Shown here: positions 54,801 to 64,000 of the stretch, piece after piece
How the letters are laid out: each line of letters begins with the position of its first letter
How positions within the stretch are numbered: position 1 is the first letter of the stretch
From: Phoronis australis
Taxonomy: Eukaryota; Animalia; Phoronida
Assembly: GCA_002633005.1 (NCBI GenBank)
Contig: NMRA01000256.1
Span: 282,120-346,119 of the forward strand
DNA: 64,000 nt
Reading direction: 5' to 3'
Made by a program: the position numbers and the translations under genes
The notes under the pieces: model-generated
The model's database searches: none
What the model was told of the DNA's origin: nothing
What the model saw: only the letters and a program-made list of their open reading frames with translations

Positions 54801-57800
54801 TGAATCTGCAACAACACAGTCATTAGCACACGTCACATGAATGTAATTCGGTGTCGCATGTATTTTGTAAAATATACAGAAAAAACCATTAGAGCACCGT
54901 GATGGCAAACAATTGAAATTTTATTCACATTTTTTATAAAAGATAAATACCACAAAAACAATTGTTTGTTTCTGATTTTCAAGCTCTGTACCATAGCTAC
55001 CACTAGACAATATTTTGAAAATTTTAGGGCTAAAAAATCTAAAATAAAAATGGGCAATTTTGGTTAGATTTTACAGCGTGTGATGGACACGTAGAATGTT
55101 AACTGAAAGGAAAACACAACTGGTCATATCTTTTAAGGCTTGTAGTTTTATAAATAAAAGTATTAATTTATAACCTCTCTATCAAATCTATATGCAAGCC
55201 CAATGATATCACTTTTATGCCAAAGGATGTTGAAGCTTGCTATTTTCCGAGTAAATTTCACATTGCATAATCGTCATTATGTACAGGATCGTTTTTATAG
55301 CTGTAATAAGCACTTTTGGGATAACTACTGTTGAATTGGAGACTTTTTGAAGTTATGGTACAGAATTGGTAATTGCCATAGGTGCACAACAATATCTGTT
55401 GTGTTTTGAGATGTAATTATAAATTGCTACCACTCATCCTTGTCTGCCAGACATTTGCTGAAATCTACGCTATTGGCTTTACCATTTCAATATGTCAATT
55501 ATCGAGTGCAATGTACAATGTACAATGTACAATGTACATTGTACATTGTACATTGTACAATGTACAATGTACAATGTACAATGTACAATGTAGCTCGTCA
55601 GCAGCATTTAGCTGCAACCACAAGGGTTCCCGCTTTGAATCTGAGCTGGGGCTGATTCAGAAAATCACTATTTTCCTGATAATATGACTTTCATTCAAAA
55701 TAAAGTATAAGTATCAAAATTTCTATTACACCACAAGAAGCCAACGATATGTCAGCCAGAAGTAGTTGCTATGACATTGCGTTCTTTAATTGCAGTTAAG
55801 ATATGTTCTTTCGGATGTCATTGATTAAGTCGTGTGCATATTCAACCAAAATGTTCTCACTCACTCCCTCTGCTTCATCCTTTCCGTGATGCACAATCAG
55901 CCGAGTCAATCATGGGAAAATAGAGGAGATAAATCTCATTTACTTTCACCATGTTGACAACCCAACTTAGTAAAATAATTTAAAACTCTAAAATGATTAA
56001 AATACATGTCATTTATGATATAATTTCATGGTTTTAGCTAATTATTATTTCATTAGACTCACTGTGAATAGTTTGCAAGTAGGACTTAAAAAGCCCTGTG
56101 CAGCGCCATCTTTGGTTCATCTTTTGGGGTGAATTTTTAATACAGATAATTAGCATTCCTGACAACAAACCATCACCTCAGTGACCCTTTATTGAGAAGA
56201 TTCAGCACCACTAACTTTAATTTATTGAGACTGATTGCAGTATTTGACAATGACTTCATAATTTATTGATGCGTGCGTCATTTTAAAAATGTTTTACTTT
56301 CAGAAACTAGTGAGTCAAAATTCTATCACCAAACAGTTTGGTACATGTACCAATGGCACAGACAGAACACTAAGTGACCTACAAGTATAAGATGGCACAT
56401 TTACAGCTGAAACTGTGAATCTTCAAACTGGGTGTCATGAGAACTGGACAATAAATAGTCAAACCATAAATACTGCACACAAGCACATCTCATAGTGTCT
56501 TTGACAAGGCATACATGGAATACACATGATTGTATTATGTGGTTAGAGACAAAATTACAGAGTGTGTAATTGACCCAGGCAACAGGTCATTTTACAGTGC
56601 ATTCTAAATTTGTGAGATTTTACCGTGATAGTAGCTCGCAACTTTTTCAAGTTCTGAATTTGATAAGTAAATGTAATTTGCAATGAATCTAAATCCTTGG
56701 ATCAAGCACCTGTGACTGGCGTACAAATATTCCATGGTTGTCTGCACATTCAAAGTACTTCTTGCCTTGCACCTCTCCGTTATTCTTTCCTTTAGCTTCA
56801 TCCAAAATAACACCAATCCATTTACCTATAATAAACCATAAAGAATCATAACAAGCACTCATCACTAGGCTGGTGCTAGGTTTGGCAGCAGTTTTTGTTA
56901 CGTACTGATTTGGTGGCTGCCAAAACGGAACCAACTTTTAAGCCCCTACAAATCATGCCCCCCAATTTTGCTCTTCTAAAACCACGTCACCATGTGTTTA
57001 TTTAAATTTGATTTGATGACAATAATTGAATAAATCACCTGGAATTCCCAATGACCAGACTGGTTCAGTGGCTGAAACTAACACACAGTGATAAGCAAGT
57101 TACTGAGCCAAGTTTGACACAGAAACGACTTGTCAGTGCTTTTAAAACCTAGAAGTCATTTCTAGTCTGAGCATGGAACAAGGTGAAATGGATAATTTAT
57201 AAATAAAAGGATGTGACTTAAGTTAAAAGTGTATATTTTTTGACAAAACGTGCAGGTTAATGGTACACTTTAAAAGGGAACTGTATTTTATTCTGAATAA
57301 ATTCTGGATAGTTTTCTATGAATTGTTGATTTCCCAAATAATTCAACACCAGAAATTAAACTTATATTCTCTAACGAAGCTCAAAAAAATTACCGGCTTG
57401 GAGCGCTGCTTAGTCTCGTGACGTATTTGGCAGGGGCAAAGTCACTGTCCTGTGTTAGCGTGCAATCAAGTAGCGTTTTTCATATTGTCGGAATAAGAAA
57501 TTTTAGTGTGAAATGTCGGGTCACCAGGGATACCTGTTTGAGCCGAGGCAACACAAAGTGATACCCAGTCATCGTCATTGTCAGACGAAAATTTGCCGGT
57601 GCAACCAGTCCGTATCAACAATTTACACTGGTGTGACTGTGCCGAGGGCAATGTGGACTCTAGCCATCTAGTCAGCCAGCTGTCAGCCAATACTCAGCTC
57701 TGTAAACTTGAAGGGTTGGTAAGTTACCGACTGTAGCTGTATGAAGACTATCATACCACTGTGTGTTGAGCTCCGTTAACCCCGAAATTTCAGACAGCCG

Positions 57801-59664
57801 TTGACTACCCGGGTATAGTTGACTCAGTTATGCTCGTCACCTCGTCGTAAAACTTAGGCTACATCAACATATAAAGCTAACGGACTGGCGGGGGCGCATG
57901 CAAAATCTGNNNNNNNNNNNNNNNNNNNNNNNNNNNNNNNNNNNNNNNNNNNNNNNNNNNNNNNNNNNNNNNNNNNNNNNNNNNNNNNNNNNNNNNNNNN
58001 NNNNNNNNNNNNNNNNNNNNNNNNNNNNNNNNNNNNNNNNNNNNNNNNNNNNNNNNNNNNNNNNNNNNNNNNNNNNNNNNNNNNNNNNNNNNNNNNNNNN
58101 NNNAATCAGGGGGAAAAGAAACTGGTAAAGGTCAGGTGACGTAATCGCAAAAAGCCGACTCAAGAGAACACATCACAATTTTACTAGCAGCAGCCGATGA
58201 ACGATCGCTAACATTTCCAACACCGGTAAATACAGAAGTTAGTTTACTCTAGGAACCTGGTTCCTAGGTTTACTCAAGGATGAGATTAGTTTTAATGACA
58301 TTAATTTGAGTCAGATTTTATTTGTACATTTTTTACCCATATCGGCTCAAACCTGTAGGCCAATATCTAGTATACACTGAGCTTTGGGCCAAGGCTTGGG
58401 TAACCCGGCGATGGTATGCGAAGACCATCCCATTAGAAGACACATTTTTCGAAGAGTTTGAGCAACCAGGTGCCATACAAAAAGGCATAGCGAACCTTTT
58501 ACAGTACTGTGGCAAACAATAAAAAATAAGGACGATTGATACAATGATAAATTACGATTTAAACTCTTCAAATATGACATAAGCAATGAATGTGTAAAGC
58601 AGCCGATACCCCGCCGTTCACGTCACTGACACATCAGCCAATCAGCGATCACTTTCAGAATTCATTGTTTTGACCATGAATATGAATCGGCTTTTGTTTG
58701 GCACGCAAGTCAGGCAAATGTGAGTTTTATTTGTGTATTAGAACCGATTAACTTCAACATTATTTTGACTGCAGTCCCCTTTTAAGCATGTGCTGAGAAG
58801 AGAGCAGTTTCATTTTTTAAATGCTGTTTAAAATAATTGTAAAATATCTCCATCCCTGTTGATGTAAAGAGGTTGCTGGTAACTCATTGAAAGTCTTAAA
58901 GATTTATTTGAATGCTCCTAACTATGCAAATGTTTAGCAGGAACTAAATGATAATGCTATTTGAACATCATCTACACTAAACAAAGTGCTTTTGTATTTA
59001 TTGAAAACTTGTAAAATAATGTGAAAACAAAAAACTATGCAAATAGGTGACCTTTGCACAAATGACGTACCTTGGGGGCTCACATAACCCGCATCATGTG
59101 GACAGTGTTGTTATTACCAAACACCCCGTCACAATACTTACTGGACATGGTTGACTGATTTACAGAGGATAATTTTCGACACAAAACTCATTCTTAAAAA
59201 CATTTGGCACTTTTCAACATACTTCCTATTCACAATGTTGCTATATGTTGTGTTTCTAACTAATTTGGCCAGGCAATCACAGAAATAAGGTATTAACATG
59301 CAAGTTCCACTTTAAGTAGAACACTAAAGACATACGCTGTAAAGTAAAAGAACGTAGTACACGCTAAAAACAATCAACCGAAATGACCCGGAATTTCCCA
59401 TCGTGGCAGCTGAGTGCACGTGCAATTCCGTCATGGCAGCTGAGTGCAAGCAAGATTCAATGTCACTGAGGTAAAATCACGTGTCATGATCAGCAAACGG
59501 TGTCTTGTCTGATTACCTTTGGCATGCAAGTTGTAAACGGTCATGCAAGATGCAAAAACTTAACATAGCTTACCACTGGCAAAGAGAGTTGCTCCAATAT
59601 AAGCAACAGTGCCAACAATGTCCTTCCCAGTGACTTGAACTCGAGATCCTACTTTTACCGACAT
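15725..59664 (-). CDS. DCTN1: Dynactin subunit 1 (p150Glued), ~31 coding exons, ~1,308 aa (1,338 with the cassette exon)
   Basis: CAP-Gly ([27 protein letters not shown]...GIFVRQSQ), CC1 ([25 protein letters not shown]), [39 protein letters not shown]. All exons have GT-AG and compatible phases; TAA at 15727-15725. Confidence 0.96.
16447..16542 (-). CDS. DCTN1: DCTN1 exon (...[18 protein letters not shown])
   Basis: 96 nt. Confidence 0.92.
16690..17395 (+). mobile_element. Diverged Helentron-associated-like (HINE-type) repeat
   Basis: Starts acaaga and ends gagcacataaaaa. Has an internal duplicated unit (catcaattggtt...aaacaacactt) and one ccactaggaggtg motif like those in the 33.5-35.2 kb element. 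Confidence 0.4.
17620..17769 (-). CDS. DCTN1: DCTN1 exon ([20 protein letters not shown]...SPASQLVEE...)
   Basis: 150 nt. Confidence 0.92.
18124..18694. mobile_element. PIF/Harbinger-like MITE
   Basis: ~40-bp TIR (gggttgttccagcaaaatctgtgtgggagggggggaaggca / tgccttccccccc...ctggaacagccc) with a 3-bp TCA duplication. Confidence 0.8.
19090..19245 (-). CDS. DCTN1: DCTN1 exon ([14 protein letters not shown]...GILK)
   Basis: 156 nt. Confidence 0.9.
20263..20414 (-). CDS. DCTN1: DCTN1 exon (...[12 protein letters not shown]...GETMR)
   Basis: 152 nt. Confidence 0.9.
20949..21115 (-). CDS. DCTN1: DCTN1 exon ([27 protein letters not shown]...)
   Basis: 167 nt. Confidence 0.94.
21466..21608 (-). CDS. 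DCTN1: DCTN1 exon ([20 protein letters not shown]...KKKE)
   Basis: 143 nt. Confidence 0.92.
22115..22243 (-). CDS. DCTN1: DCTN1 exon ([13 protein letters not shown]...ELKKFIKLK)
   Basis: 129 nt. Confidence 0.92.
22548..22644 (-). CDS. DCTN1: DCTN1 exon (...[14 protein letters not shown]...)
   Basis: 97 nt. Confidence 0.92.
23945..24044 (-). CDS. DCTN1: DCTN1 exon ([14 protein letters not shown]...GPFDCL)
   Basis: 100 nt. Confidence 0.9.
25740..25925. repeat. Low-complexity (aac)n / actagtgctacta repeat
   Basis: Degenerate tandem units producing spurious LV/TNTS ORFs. Confidence 0.8.
27620..27782 (-). CDS. DCTN1: DCTN1 exon ([10 protein letters not shown]...AALIA)
   Basis: 163 nt. Confidence 0.9.
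28250..28333 (-). CDS. DCTN1: DCTN1 exon ([15 protein letters not shown]...ARK)
   Basis: 84 nt. Confidence 0.92.
28930..29061 (-). CDS. DCTN1: DCTN1 exon ([10 protein letters not shown]...RLRLIMQ), copy A
   Basis: 132 nt. Confidence 0.8.
29564..29732 (-). CDS. DCTN1: DCTN1 exon (ALETCSPDL...HYFQ), copy A
   Basis: 169 nt. Confidence 0.75.
30343..30474 (-). CDS. DCTN1: DCTN1 exon ([10 protein letters not shown]...RLRLIMQ), duplicate copy B
   Basis: 132 nt; same as 28930-29061. Confidence 0.75.
30977..31145 (-). CDS. DCTN1: DCTN1 exon (ALETCSPDL...LLRKDQLDE...HYFQ), duplicate copy B
   Basis: 169 nt; same peptide as 29564-29732. Confidence 0.75.
31713..32891. mobile_element. Non-autonomous TIR DNA transposon (ISL2EU/Harbinger-like ends)
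   Basis: Imperfect TIR aataggccttttgcgagttt / aaactcgcaagtgagctatt, plus a subterminal inverted pair gtgacgtcacgggaagtggggcaaaa / ttttgccccctttccggtgacgtcgc. CpG-rich compared with the host intron. Confidence 0.7.
33294..33421 (-). CDS. DCTN1: DCTN1 exon (FECPEQ...[23 protein letters not shown])
   Basis: 128 nt, ends in phase 2. Confidence 0.92.
33461..35184 (+). mobile_element. Helentron-associated-like element with an internal ~146-bp satellite array
   Basis: 5' acaagag...atgtgcccac; 3' ggacg-type microsatellite, a ccacat/atgtgg hairpin and gtgggagcataaaaaa. About 11 internal monomers. Confidence 0.7.
35556..35741 (-). CDS. DCTN1: DCTN1 exon ([10 protein letters not shown]...[16 protein letters not shown]...)
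   Basis: 186 nt. Confidence 0.94.
35880..36130. repeat. Degenerate (gat)n low-complexity tract
   Basis: gatgatgat-rich. Confidence 0.7.
36857..36970 (-). CDS. DCTN1: DCTN1 exon (ETNREL...[15 protein letters not shown])
   Basis: 114 nt. Confidence 0.93.
37448..37537 (-). CDS. DCTN1: DCTN1 exon (...[20 protein letters not shown])
   Basis: 90 nt. Confidence 0.93.
38079..38330 (-). repeat. Three tandem 83-84-bp tRNA-like (SINE-head-like) units
   Basis: Units begin at 38079, 38163 and 38246. The minus strand shows an A-box-like TGGCCTAGTGG/TGACCTTGTGG and a B-box GGTTCAAATC. Confidence 0.75.
38365..38466 (-). CDS. DCTN1: DCTN1 exon ([28 protein letters not shown]...)
   Basis: 102 nt. Confidence 0.93.
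39364..39468 (-). CDS. DCTN1: DCTN1 exon ([23 protein letters not shown]...)
   Basis: 105 nt. Confidence 0.95.
40137..40296 (-). CDS. DCTN1: DCTN1 exon ([11 protein letters not shown]...IELQEQ)
   Basis: 160 nt. Confidence 0.93.
40609..40687 (-). CDS. DCTN1: DCTN1 exon ([26 protein letters not shown])
   Basis: 79 nt. Confidence 0.93.
41388..41484 (-). CDS. DCTN1: DCTN1 exon (AETLQLE...[12 protein letters not shown])
   Basis: 97 nt. Confidence 0.93.
42116..42223 (-). CDS. DCTN1: DCTN1 exon (...[13 protein letters not shown])
   Basis: 108 nt. Confidence 0.93.
42405..42542 (-). CDS. DCTN1: DCTN1 exon ([23 protein letters not shown]...)
   Basis: 138 nt, CC1. Confidence 0.93.
43097..43423 (-). 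CDS. DCTN1: DCTN1 exon (RAGSSQDL...[10 protein letters not shown])
   Basis: 327 nt; ends at the start of CC1. Confidence 0.9.
43894..43976 (-). CDS. DCTN1: DCTN1 exon ([27 protein letters not shown])
   Basis: ttgtag|...|gtacgt; supplies the required phase 1 to 0 change. Confidence 0.8.
45361..45502 (-). promoter_or_regulatory. Candidate internal TSS / alternative first exon of DCTN1
   Basis: Inr-like TCAGTC (45502-45497), local CpG enrichment, ATGs in frame with downstream exons and donor AGG|GTATCT at 45360. Confidence 0.35.
48116..48218. mobile_element. Tc1/mariner-pogo-type MITE (103 bp)
   Basis: Perfect 24-bp TIR ccgtaaacgttcgggttaacgccc flanked by TA on both sides. Confidence 0.85.
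48682..48742. repeat. (TG)n microsatellite
   Basis: Directly visible. Confidence 0.85.
49770..49824 (+). CDS. C-type lectin exon 1 (signal peptide [18 protein letters not shown])
   Basis: Strong Kozak context and donor gtgagt. Exon acceptor at 49625; an upstream UTR-exon donor lies at 49226. Confidence 0.82.
49770..52646 (+). CDS. Secreted C-type lectin (perlucin-like, QPD/WND), 3 coding exons, ~172 aa, nested antisense in a DCTN1 intron
   Basis: Exons 49770-49824, 51736-51942 and 52390-52646 join in phase 1. GCCACCATG start, hydrophobic signal peptide, CP..F....SCY.F, W.EA..YC, WIGGND..EG.W.W, QPDN, ENC, WND.PC..FICE. Confidence 0.92.
51736..51942 (+). CDS. C-type lectin exon 2 ([15 protein letters not shown]...WPEAEVYC...)
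   Basis: ttacag|...|gtgagt, 207 nt. Confidence 0.92.
52390..52646 (+). CDS. C-type lectin exon 3 (FWIGGND...QPD...WND...FICE)
   Basis: Lies within ORF 52377..52646. Confidence 0.94.
54239..54328 (-). CDS. DCTN1: DCTN1 putative cassette exon ([29 protein letters not shown])
   Basis: Pyrimidine tract + caag acceptor and gtgagt donor; 90 nt, symmetric phase 1, open frame. Confidence 0.6.
54679..54805 (-). CDS. DCTN1: DCTN1 exon (IQVIGEEG...[11 protein letters not shown])
   Basis: ttgcag|...|gtgagt; IQV continues the CAP-Gly end. Confidence 0.88.
55509..55591. repeat. 7-bp repeat (TGTACAW)n with an internal orientation switch
   Basis: aatgtac units interrupted by three attgtac units. Confidence 0.9.
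56710..56825 (-). CDS. DCTN1: DCTN1 exon (CAP-Gly core [15 protein letters not shown]...VRQSQ)
   Basis: 116 nt, phase 1 to 0. Confidence 0.95.
57274..58781 (-). mobile_element. Internally deleted Kolobok-like DNA transposon with both ends
   Basis: TTAA|aagggaactgta ... tgcagtcccctt|TTAA. THAP N-terminus [11 protein letters not shown] on - near 58490; KolX-like [11 protein letters not shown]...(frameshift) [10 protein letters not shown] on + from 57513. N gap 57910-58103. Confidence 0.75.
59574..59664 (-). CDS. DCTN1: DCTN1 exon (start; [30 protein letters not shown])
   Basis: Exon begins at 59675, ATG at 59664, donor gtaagc; start of CAP-Gly. Confidence 0.9.
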
Positions 59665-60838
59665 GACCCTCGAATCTAAAATGAAAATGAATTCTCTGAA
59701 ATGGCAGTCAGCTCACTTCAAACACTAAATTTTAAAAATCTCTTTCCCAATGTTCACAGCAGGATTAAAGTTGAGCATGGTGGGGACGCTGTCAAACTCA
59801 TTTTTTGCAGCTAAGTGCCGAAGAATAGACCACCGTATCTGAGTTTTTGGTTAATTCAATTGACTGAATAATTACAACACAGGTAATAATTTCGATAAAA
59901 ATATACTTTAACATTCAGATGGCACTGGGCACCAGACTGAAGAAAATGACAGTACATACAGACTCAACGTACTACAGCTTGAGTGAGACTCGTTAAAAGT
60001 AATGAATGCTGTGATAAACAATAAAAATTGAACACGGTGGCTCAAAATTTGAACATGGAGGCCAACCATGCTCAAAAAACCTCATGAGAATCCGGTCTCC
60101 CCAAGTTTTACTAAGTACTCTGATCATCTACATATCAATTCCGTAAGCCAAATGCGGAAATAAGTCGTAAAGGCTGAGATGGCTGAGCCACTTGCGTAAC
60201 TCTGCGTGTGCCTAGATCTTGGCTCTGGGACTAGCCGTTTCATTATGTCATCCTATACACAATCATTCTGCACGCAGAGCATTATTCTGCATAATGTACT
60301 AGTGCAAGGGTCCCCCTTCTAGTTCTCACTCCTAGAGCTCAACTTGTCCATAATCGTGTTCACTTTATAATATGAAAAAGGAAAACAGTGAGTCATGTTG
60401 TACCTAATGGGATCCCTAAGTGTAATATAATGTAATTGAACTAGTTACGTCTTTACCAAAGAAATAGCATCATCAAATCAACATGGGATTGTGACACTGG
60501 TTCAACAACAGAAGATACGATATGGCTACAAAGGGACAATACTTTTTGTGGATAGAATGACTGTGTGCGACAGCTACTAAACCACATTCCCTTTATTGAC
60601 TCAATGAAAAAAATGGTGTAGTCAATACGAGATAATGCTCTACTTGTGATGTTCAACAACGTTTCCATTAGACTTCAACTACAATTAAAGTAATGAAGGT
60701 CAACTATCAATTTTGTATGCAAATGAAGGTGTTTTTGAAAAAAAATCTTGATTGTTAGAGTATTTGCTCATCAAGTTGGAAGGATTTAAAGACATCTACA
60801 GCCTCAAAAGGAAAGGCAATAGCATAATTTATTCTTTA

Positions 60839-60895
60839 ATCAAGACTGTACATCGAAAGATTTTACCGTAAAATCTTTCGATGTACAGTCTTGAT
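60839..60895. repeat. Perfect 57-bp palindrome (28-bp arms, 1-nt centre)
   Basis: atcaagactgtacatcgaaagattttac-c-gtaaaatctttcgatgtacagtcttgat. Confidence 0.95.
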
Positions 60896-61989
60896 AACGC
60901 TTAATCGTCGTGAGATACCGTCCAGAGTTGGTATGTGGTGCAACTCGGGACGGTCTGGGATCTACAGAAAACCATAGTTCAACTGTGAGTCTACACCAAT
61001 GTGATAAACGAGAGTAGTTCTACTTGCTGCGTCAGCTGCTGGTATGCTTATCTCTTTTATGACAAACAATGGGCGACTGGGCAAAGCGTTTTCAAAATAA
61101 TGTGGATAAATCAGTGGAGTGTGAAACCCCTGAGGTCCCTGTCCAGTCATCACGGCAATTTTACGTTATGCACTAGACCCTGGAAAAACTATCAAAGTTC
61201 TCAAATCTACCTTTTGAGTGTAGGAGCCTGTAGATGAACACATTTGGAGGAAGTTGGAAACTATAAATCCTTCCAGCACTAAAAGATATTCCTGCAATTA
61301 ACTACAGGTCTTTTTGAATAATCCTTTATTCCAACAACTAAAGGGAAAATGATATGCTCAAGGACAATGGGAATGTTCAAAGCGTTAAGGAAGGGTTGCC
61401 TGTCTGCAGGCCATGTTGGGAAGAAGCAGCACAGACGTGGACCTGTCTACATTGTGACGTGACTTTGGTGGCTTGGCCAGGGAGAATGGTAATTTGCAGA
61501 AAATCTTGCGTGTACGGCAATGTTTGGATATAACGGTCCGGACTTTGAGAACCAGGCAATGGTCACGTTATTGACATTAGTCAAATAGCGGTCCCTTATT
61601 TGGAGAACAGATTAATACACTAAATATTATTGAGAATGTTATTCAGTGACTGCCTGATTCTCTAAATCAACGACAATCTGGCAAGTGCCCCGTCATTCAG
61701 TGGATGATAATGGTTACTCTAAATCACCACTCTGACCATTGCCCCCCACACACATGGATGTAATATCACCTATCCTGACTAGAGTTCAATAACGTTAGTA
61801 TCGCGGTAGAAAAGCGAAATTTCGACATGTATTTTCAATGAGAGTATGCGATTTTGGCTTGATTTTTCTCTTCACAAGAAGCACCCACTAAACTCTAGAT
61901 TCTAGGACGCCCTACCCAGGAGTCAGGACCAGATTAGGGTAAATCGTATATCTAAACGGTAATTTGTAGTGATAGCCAAGTTTAATCGA

Positions 61990-62052
61990 TCAGGGAATCG
62001 AACCAGCGACCCCGATAAAAGTGGCGAGCATGCTACCCATTTAAGCTAATAG
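61990..62052 (-). mobile_element. tRNA-derived SINE-like head
   Basis: Minus strand TAGCTTAAATGG (A box) ... GGTTCGATTCC (B box); no complete cloverleaf. Confidence 0.5.
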
Positions 62053-62077
62053 GCAACTGCCCGTTAGCGAGTGGCTA

Positions 62078-63060
62078 CAGGGCTCGACATAACGAGCTGC
62101 AGGTCGCATTTGCGACCTGAAATTCAGAAATGCGAGCTGAGATTTTTGTCAGCTCGTATAAAGACGCAAAATGCGACCTGGCATTTCCAACCAATGCGAG
62201 CTGAGTTTTTACACTTCTCAACAGATACCAGGCAAATACAAATCAGCTCTTGTTAATCCGACCGTTATTTGGTTGTTGCCAAATACAAGTTCAAAAGAAC
62301 ACTAACCGAAAACAGCCCTCCCGATGCTTGTAAGCAAGTCACGTGAACATGGGATATGCAGAATCGATCTTTGACGCGTTTCATTGGCTAACACTTTCGG
62401 CCACTTTTGTAAATTCCCGGATTCGCCGAAGAAAGTTTCGGACCACTGCCCCCCACATGTGATAAATCTTCACAAAACAACAGTGTTTCTATTAATTCTT
62501 AAGCGATCAACTTACCAAACTTTGTGGTGTACAAAAATGTTTATTTTTCACATAAGATGTCCTTATTACATGTACCAAATATCCATGACAATATCCCTGA
62601 TATCGCACTGCGGCACCGTTAGCGCGCAAGCGGTCCCGGCAGACAATAGTGACTTAGACTGAGATGTGCTTCTCCTTTTTATCGTATTAAGACAGCCAAA
62701 GTGAAAATGACAACCTTATTAATCGCCAAACGACGGTCACGTCTTTACTTTCAGTTGCCAAGAAATTCTCAAACCCTTTATTTGTTTCTGGGGCTACGTG
62801 CGCGAAATATGATTTGTCTTTCAAACGTTGTTGCCAATGTAAAGTGTAGGCCTACACCAGCGATTCAAGTGCGTGAACTCACGCGTGCGCACCACTTCAA
62901 AGAACAGCGACAGTCCTAAATGAAAGAGTATACCGGCTTGGCTCTGGTTTATTTGAAAATGAACTCAAAATTCCCAGTGTTTATAAAAGACCCAATGTCC
63001 CGGGACCGATATAACCCAGAACTAACGTTATCCTGTTCCGATGTTTCCCGAGGTCGATGT
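62078..63060 (+). mobile_element. Interspersed repeat homologous to 6640-7574
   Basis: Shared tracts; both copies give the spurious peptide [14 protein letters not shown]. Confidence 0.7.
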
Positions 63061-63712
63061 TCTGTAAACCCTGTATTCTATGCCCGTAGCCAGCTATTGC
63101 AACTAAACTGGCACTAGATGCGAAATTGTGGTTGAAGTTACCGATCTTTTCATTCTTCTCTTTATACACCCCCCCCTCCCCCGGCAACTTTCCGCTCCCC
63201 GAACCACCGTCATCGTAAAATGTTCAGACTCCTATAGAAACAACCTTGTTCCGGCTGAGGCGGGCAGCTAAAAAAAAATCATTCCGGGTGGCTAAAAAGG
63301 GTACAATGTAGGTGGTGACGATATCCAGAAAGTCACCCCTACCAGATGGAGTTTGCCTCGCAAAACCGTATTATTATAACGTTTCCTATCATTGCAGCAT
63401 TTTATTATCTTATTACCACAAACACTGAGGTTAACTACTATGCTCACGCACAAGCCTACTCCCTACCTTTAAAGTGTTTCATAATAAGCGCTCACTGATC
63501 TATTAAAAGTCCCCCCTTAAATTTTGAGAATTTCCAATTAAGCGCCCACAGTTCAAGCTAGCGCCCATCATTGCGCACTACAAACGACGGCGTGTGGTTT
63601 AAAATTGACACGCAGCTTACATGGTGTGTGTCACTTCCATTTTACACAACTTCAGTTTTCAAAAACGTCTTTTCACAATATGTAAAAATCAAATCCCGGA
63701 TTTGTTTGATAC

Positions 63713-63960
63713 CTCGGAAAGAAAGTTAACACTAGTGACATGCGTGTCGTTTTGCGACTGACCTATTTTTCCCGTACTTGGAGAGTATTGAAGAGCAAAC
63801 TCGCGATTACCCGAGTTAGTTTGAATCGTTAACGACTTTGATGACGGCCAGTAGCAGACCAGATCTAACAAAATCCCGGATACTTTTACAACGGGCATTT
63901 CCTCCCTTTTCACATCGCAAATTTAGCTACTCGTATGCACAAGTCAGTTAGAAAGCACTG
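63713..63960 (-). promoter_or_regulatory. Possible DCTN1 non-coding first exon / CpG-rich promoter region
   Basis: CpG-rich stretch upstream of the ATG exon (which has an acceptor), ending in GAG|GTATCA at 63712. Inference only. Confidence 0.3.
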
Positions 63961-64000
63961 ATTCAACTTTCAGGCCGGCAACTTGCCTTGCGCTCTAGAG

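Noticed and set aside
63689-63913. N-terminal coding extension of DCTN1
   Set aside because: The donor at 63712 is phase 0 for this ORF, but the 59675 acceptor needs phase 1, and the phase-1 frame has a TAA just upstream.

Overview
AT-rich, intron-rich eukaryotic DNA from a draft invertebrate assembly, with N gaps. A mollusc or other lophotrochozoan is plausible but not provable from sequence alone. I reconstructed three protein-coding genes by hand from GT-AG boundaries and exon phases. (1) A PCED1-like SGNH/PC-esterase gene on + (5 coding exons, 6271-11707, ~403 aa). (2) Dynactin subunit 1 / p150Glued on - (about 31 coding exons, 59664-15725, ~1,310-1,340 aa). (3) A secreted QPD/WND C-type lectin on + (49770-52646, ~172 aa), nested antisense in a large DCTN1 intron. 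Mobile DNA includes two internally deleted Kolobok-like transposons (THAP transposase facing a KolX/P2X7-ballast-like ORF), a Helentron-associated-like element carrying an ordered ~146-bp array of CTCF-like motifs, several MITEs and tRNA-derived SINE-like pieces. Three duplications next to N positions look like uncollapsed haplotypes. Best leads: a candidate internal promoter and first exon for a CAP-Gly-less (p135-like) dynactin isoform, a modular DCTN1 N-terminal linker, the TE-borne CTCF-like array, and an orphan octamer+TATA promoter near 2.6-2.7 kb. Most short ORFs in the supplied track are spurious. All family assignments are from recalled motifs, not database searches.
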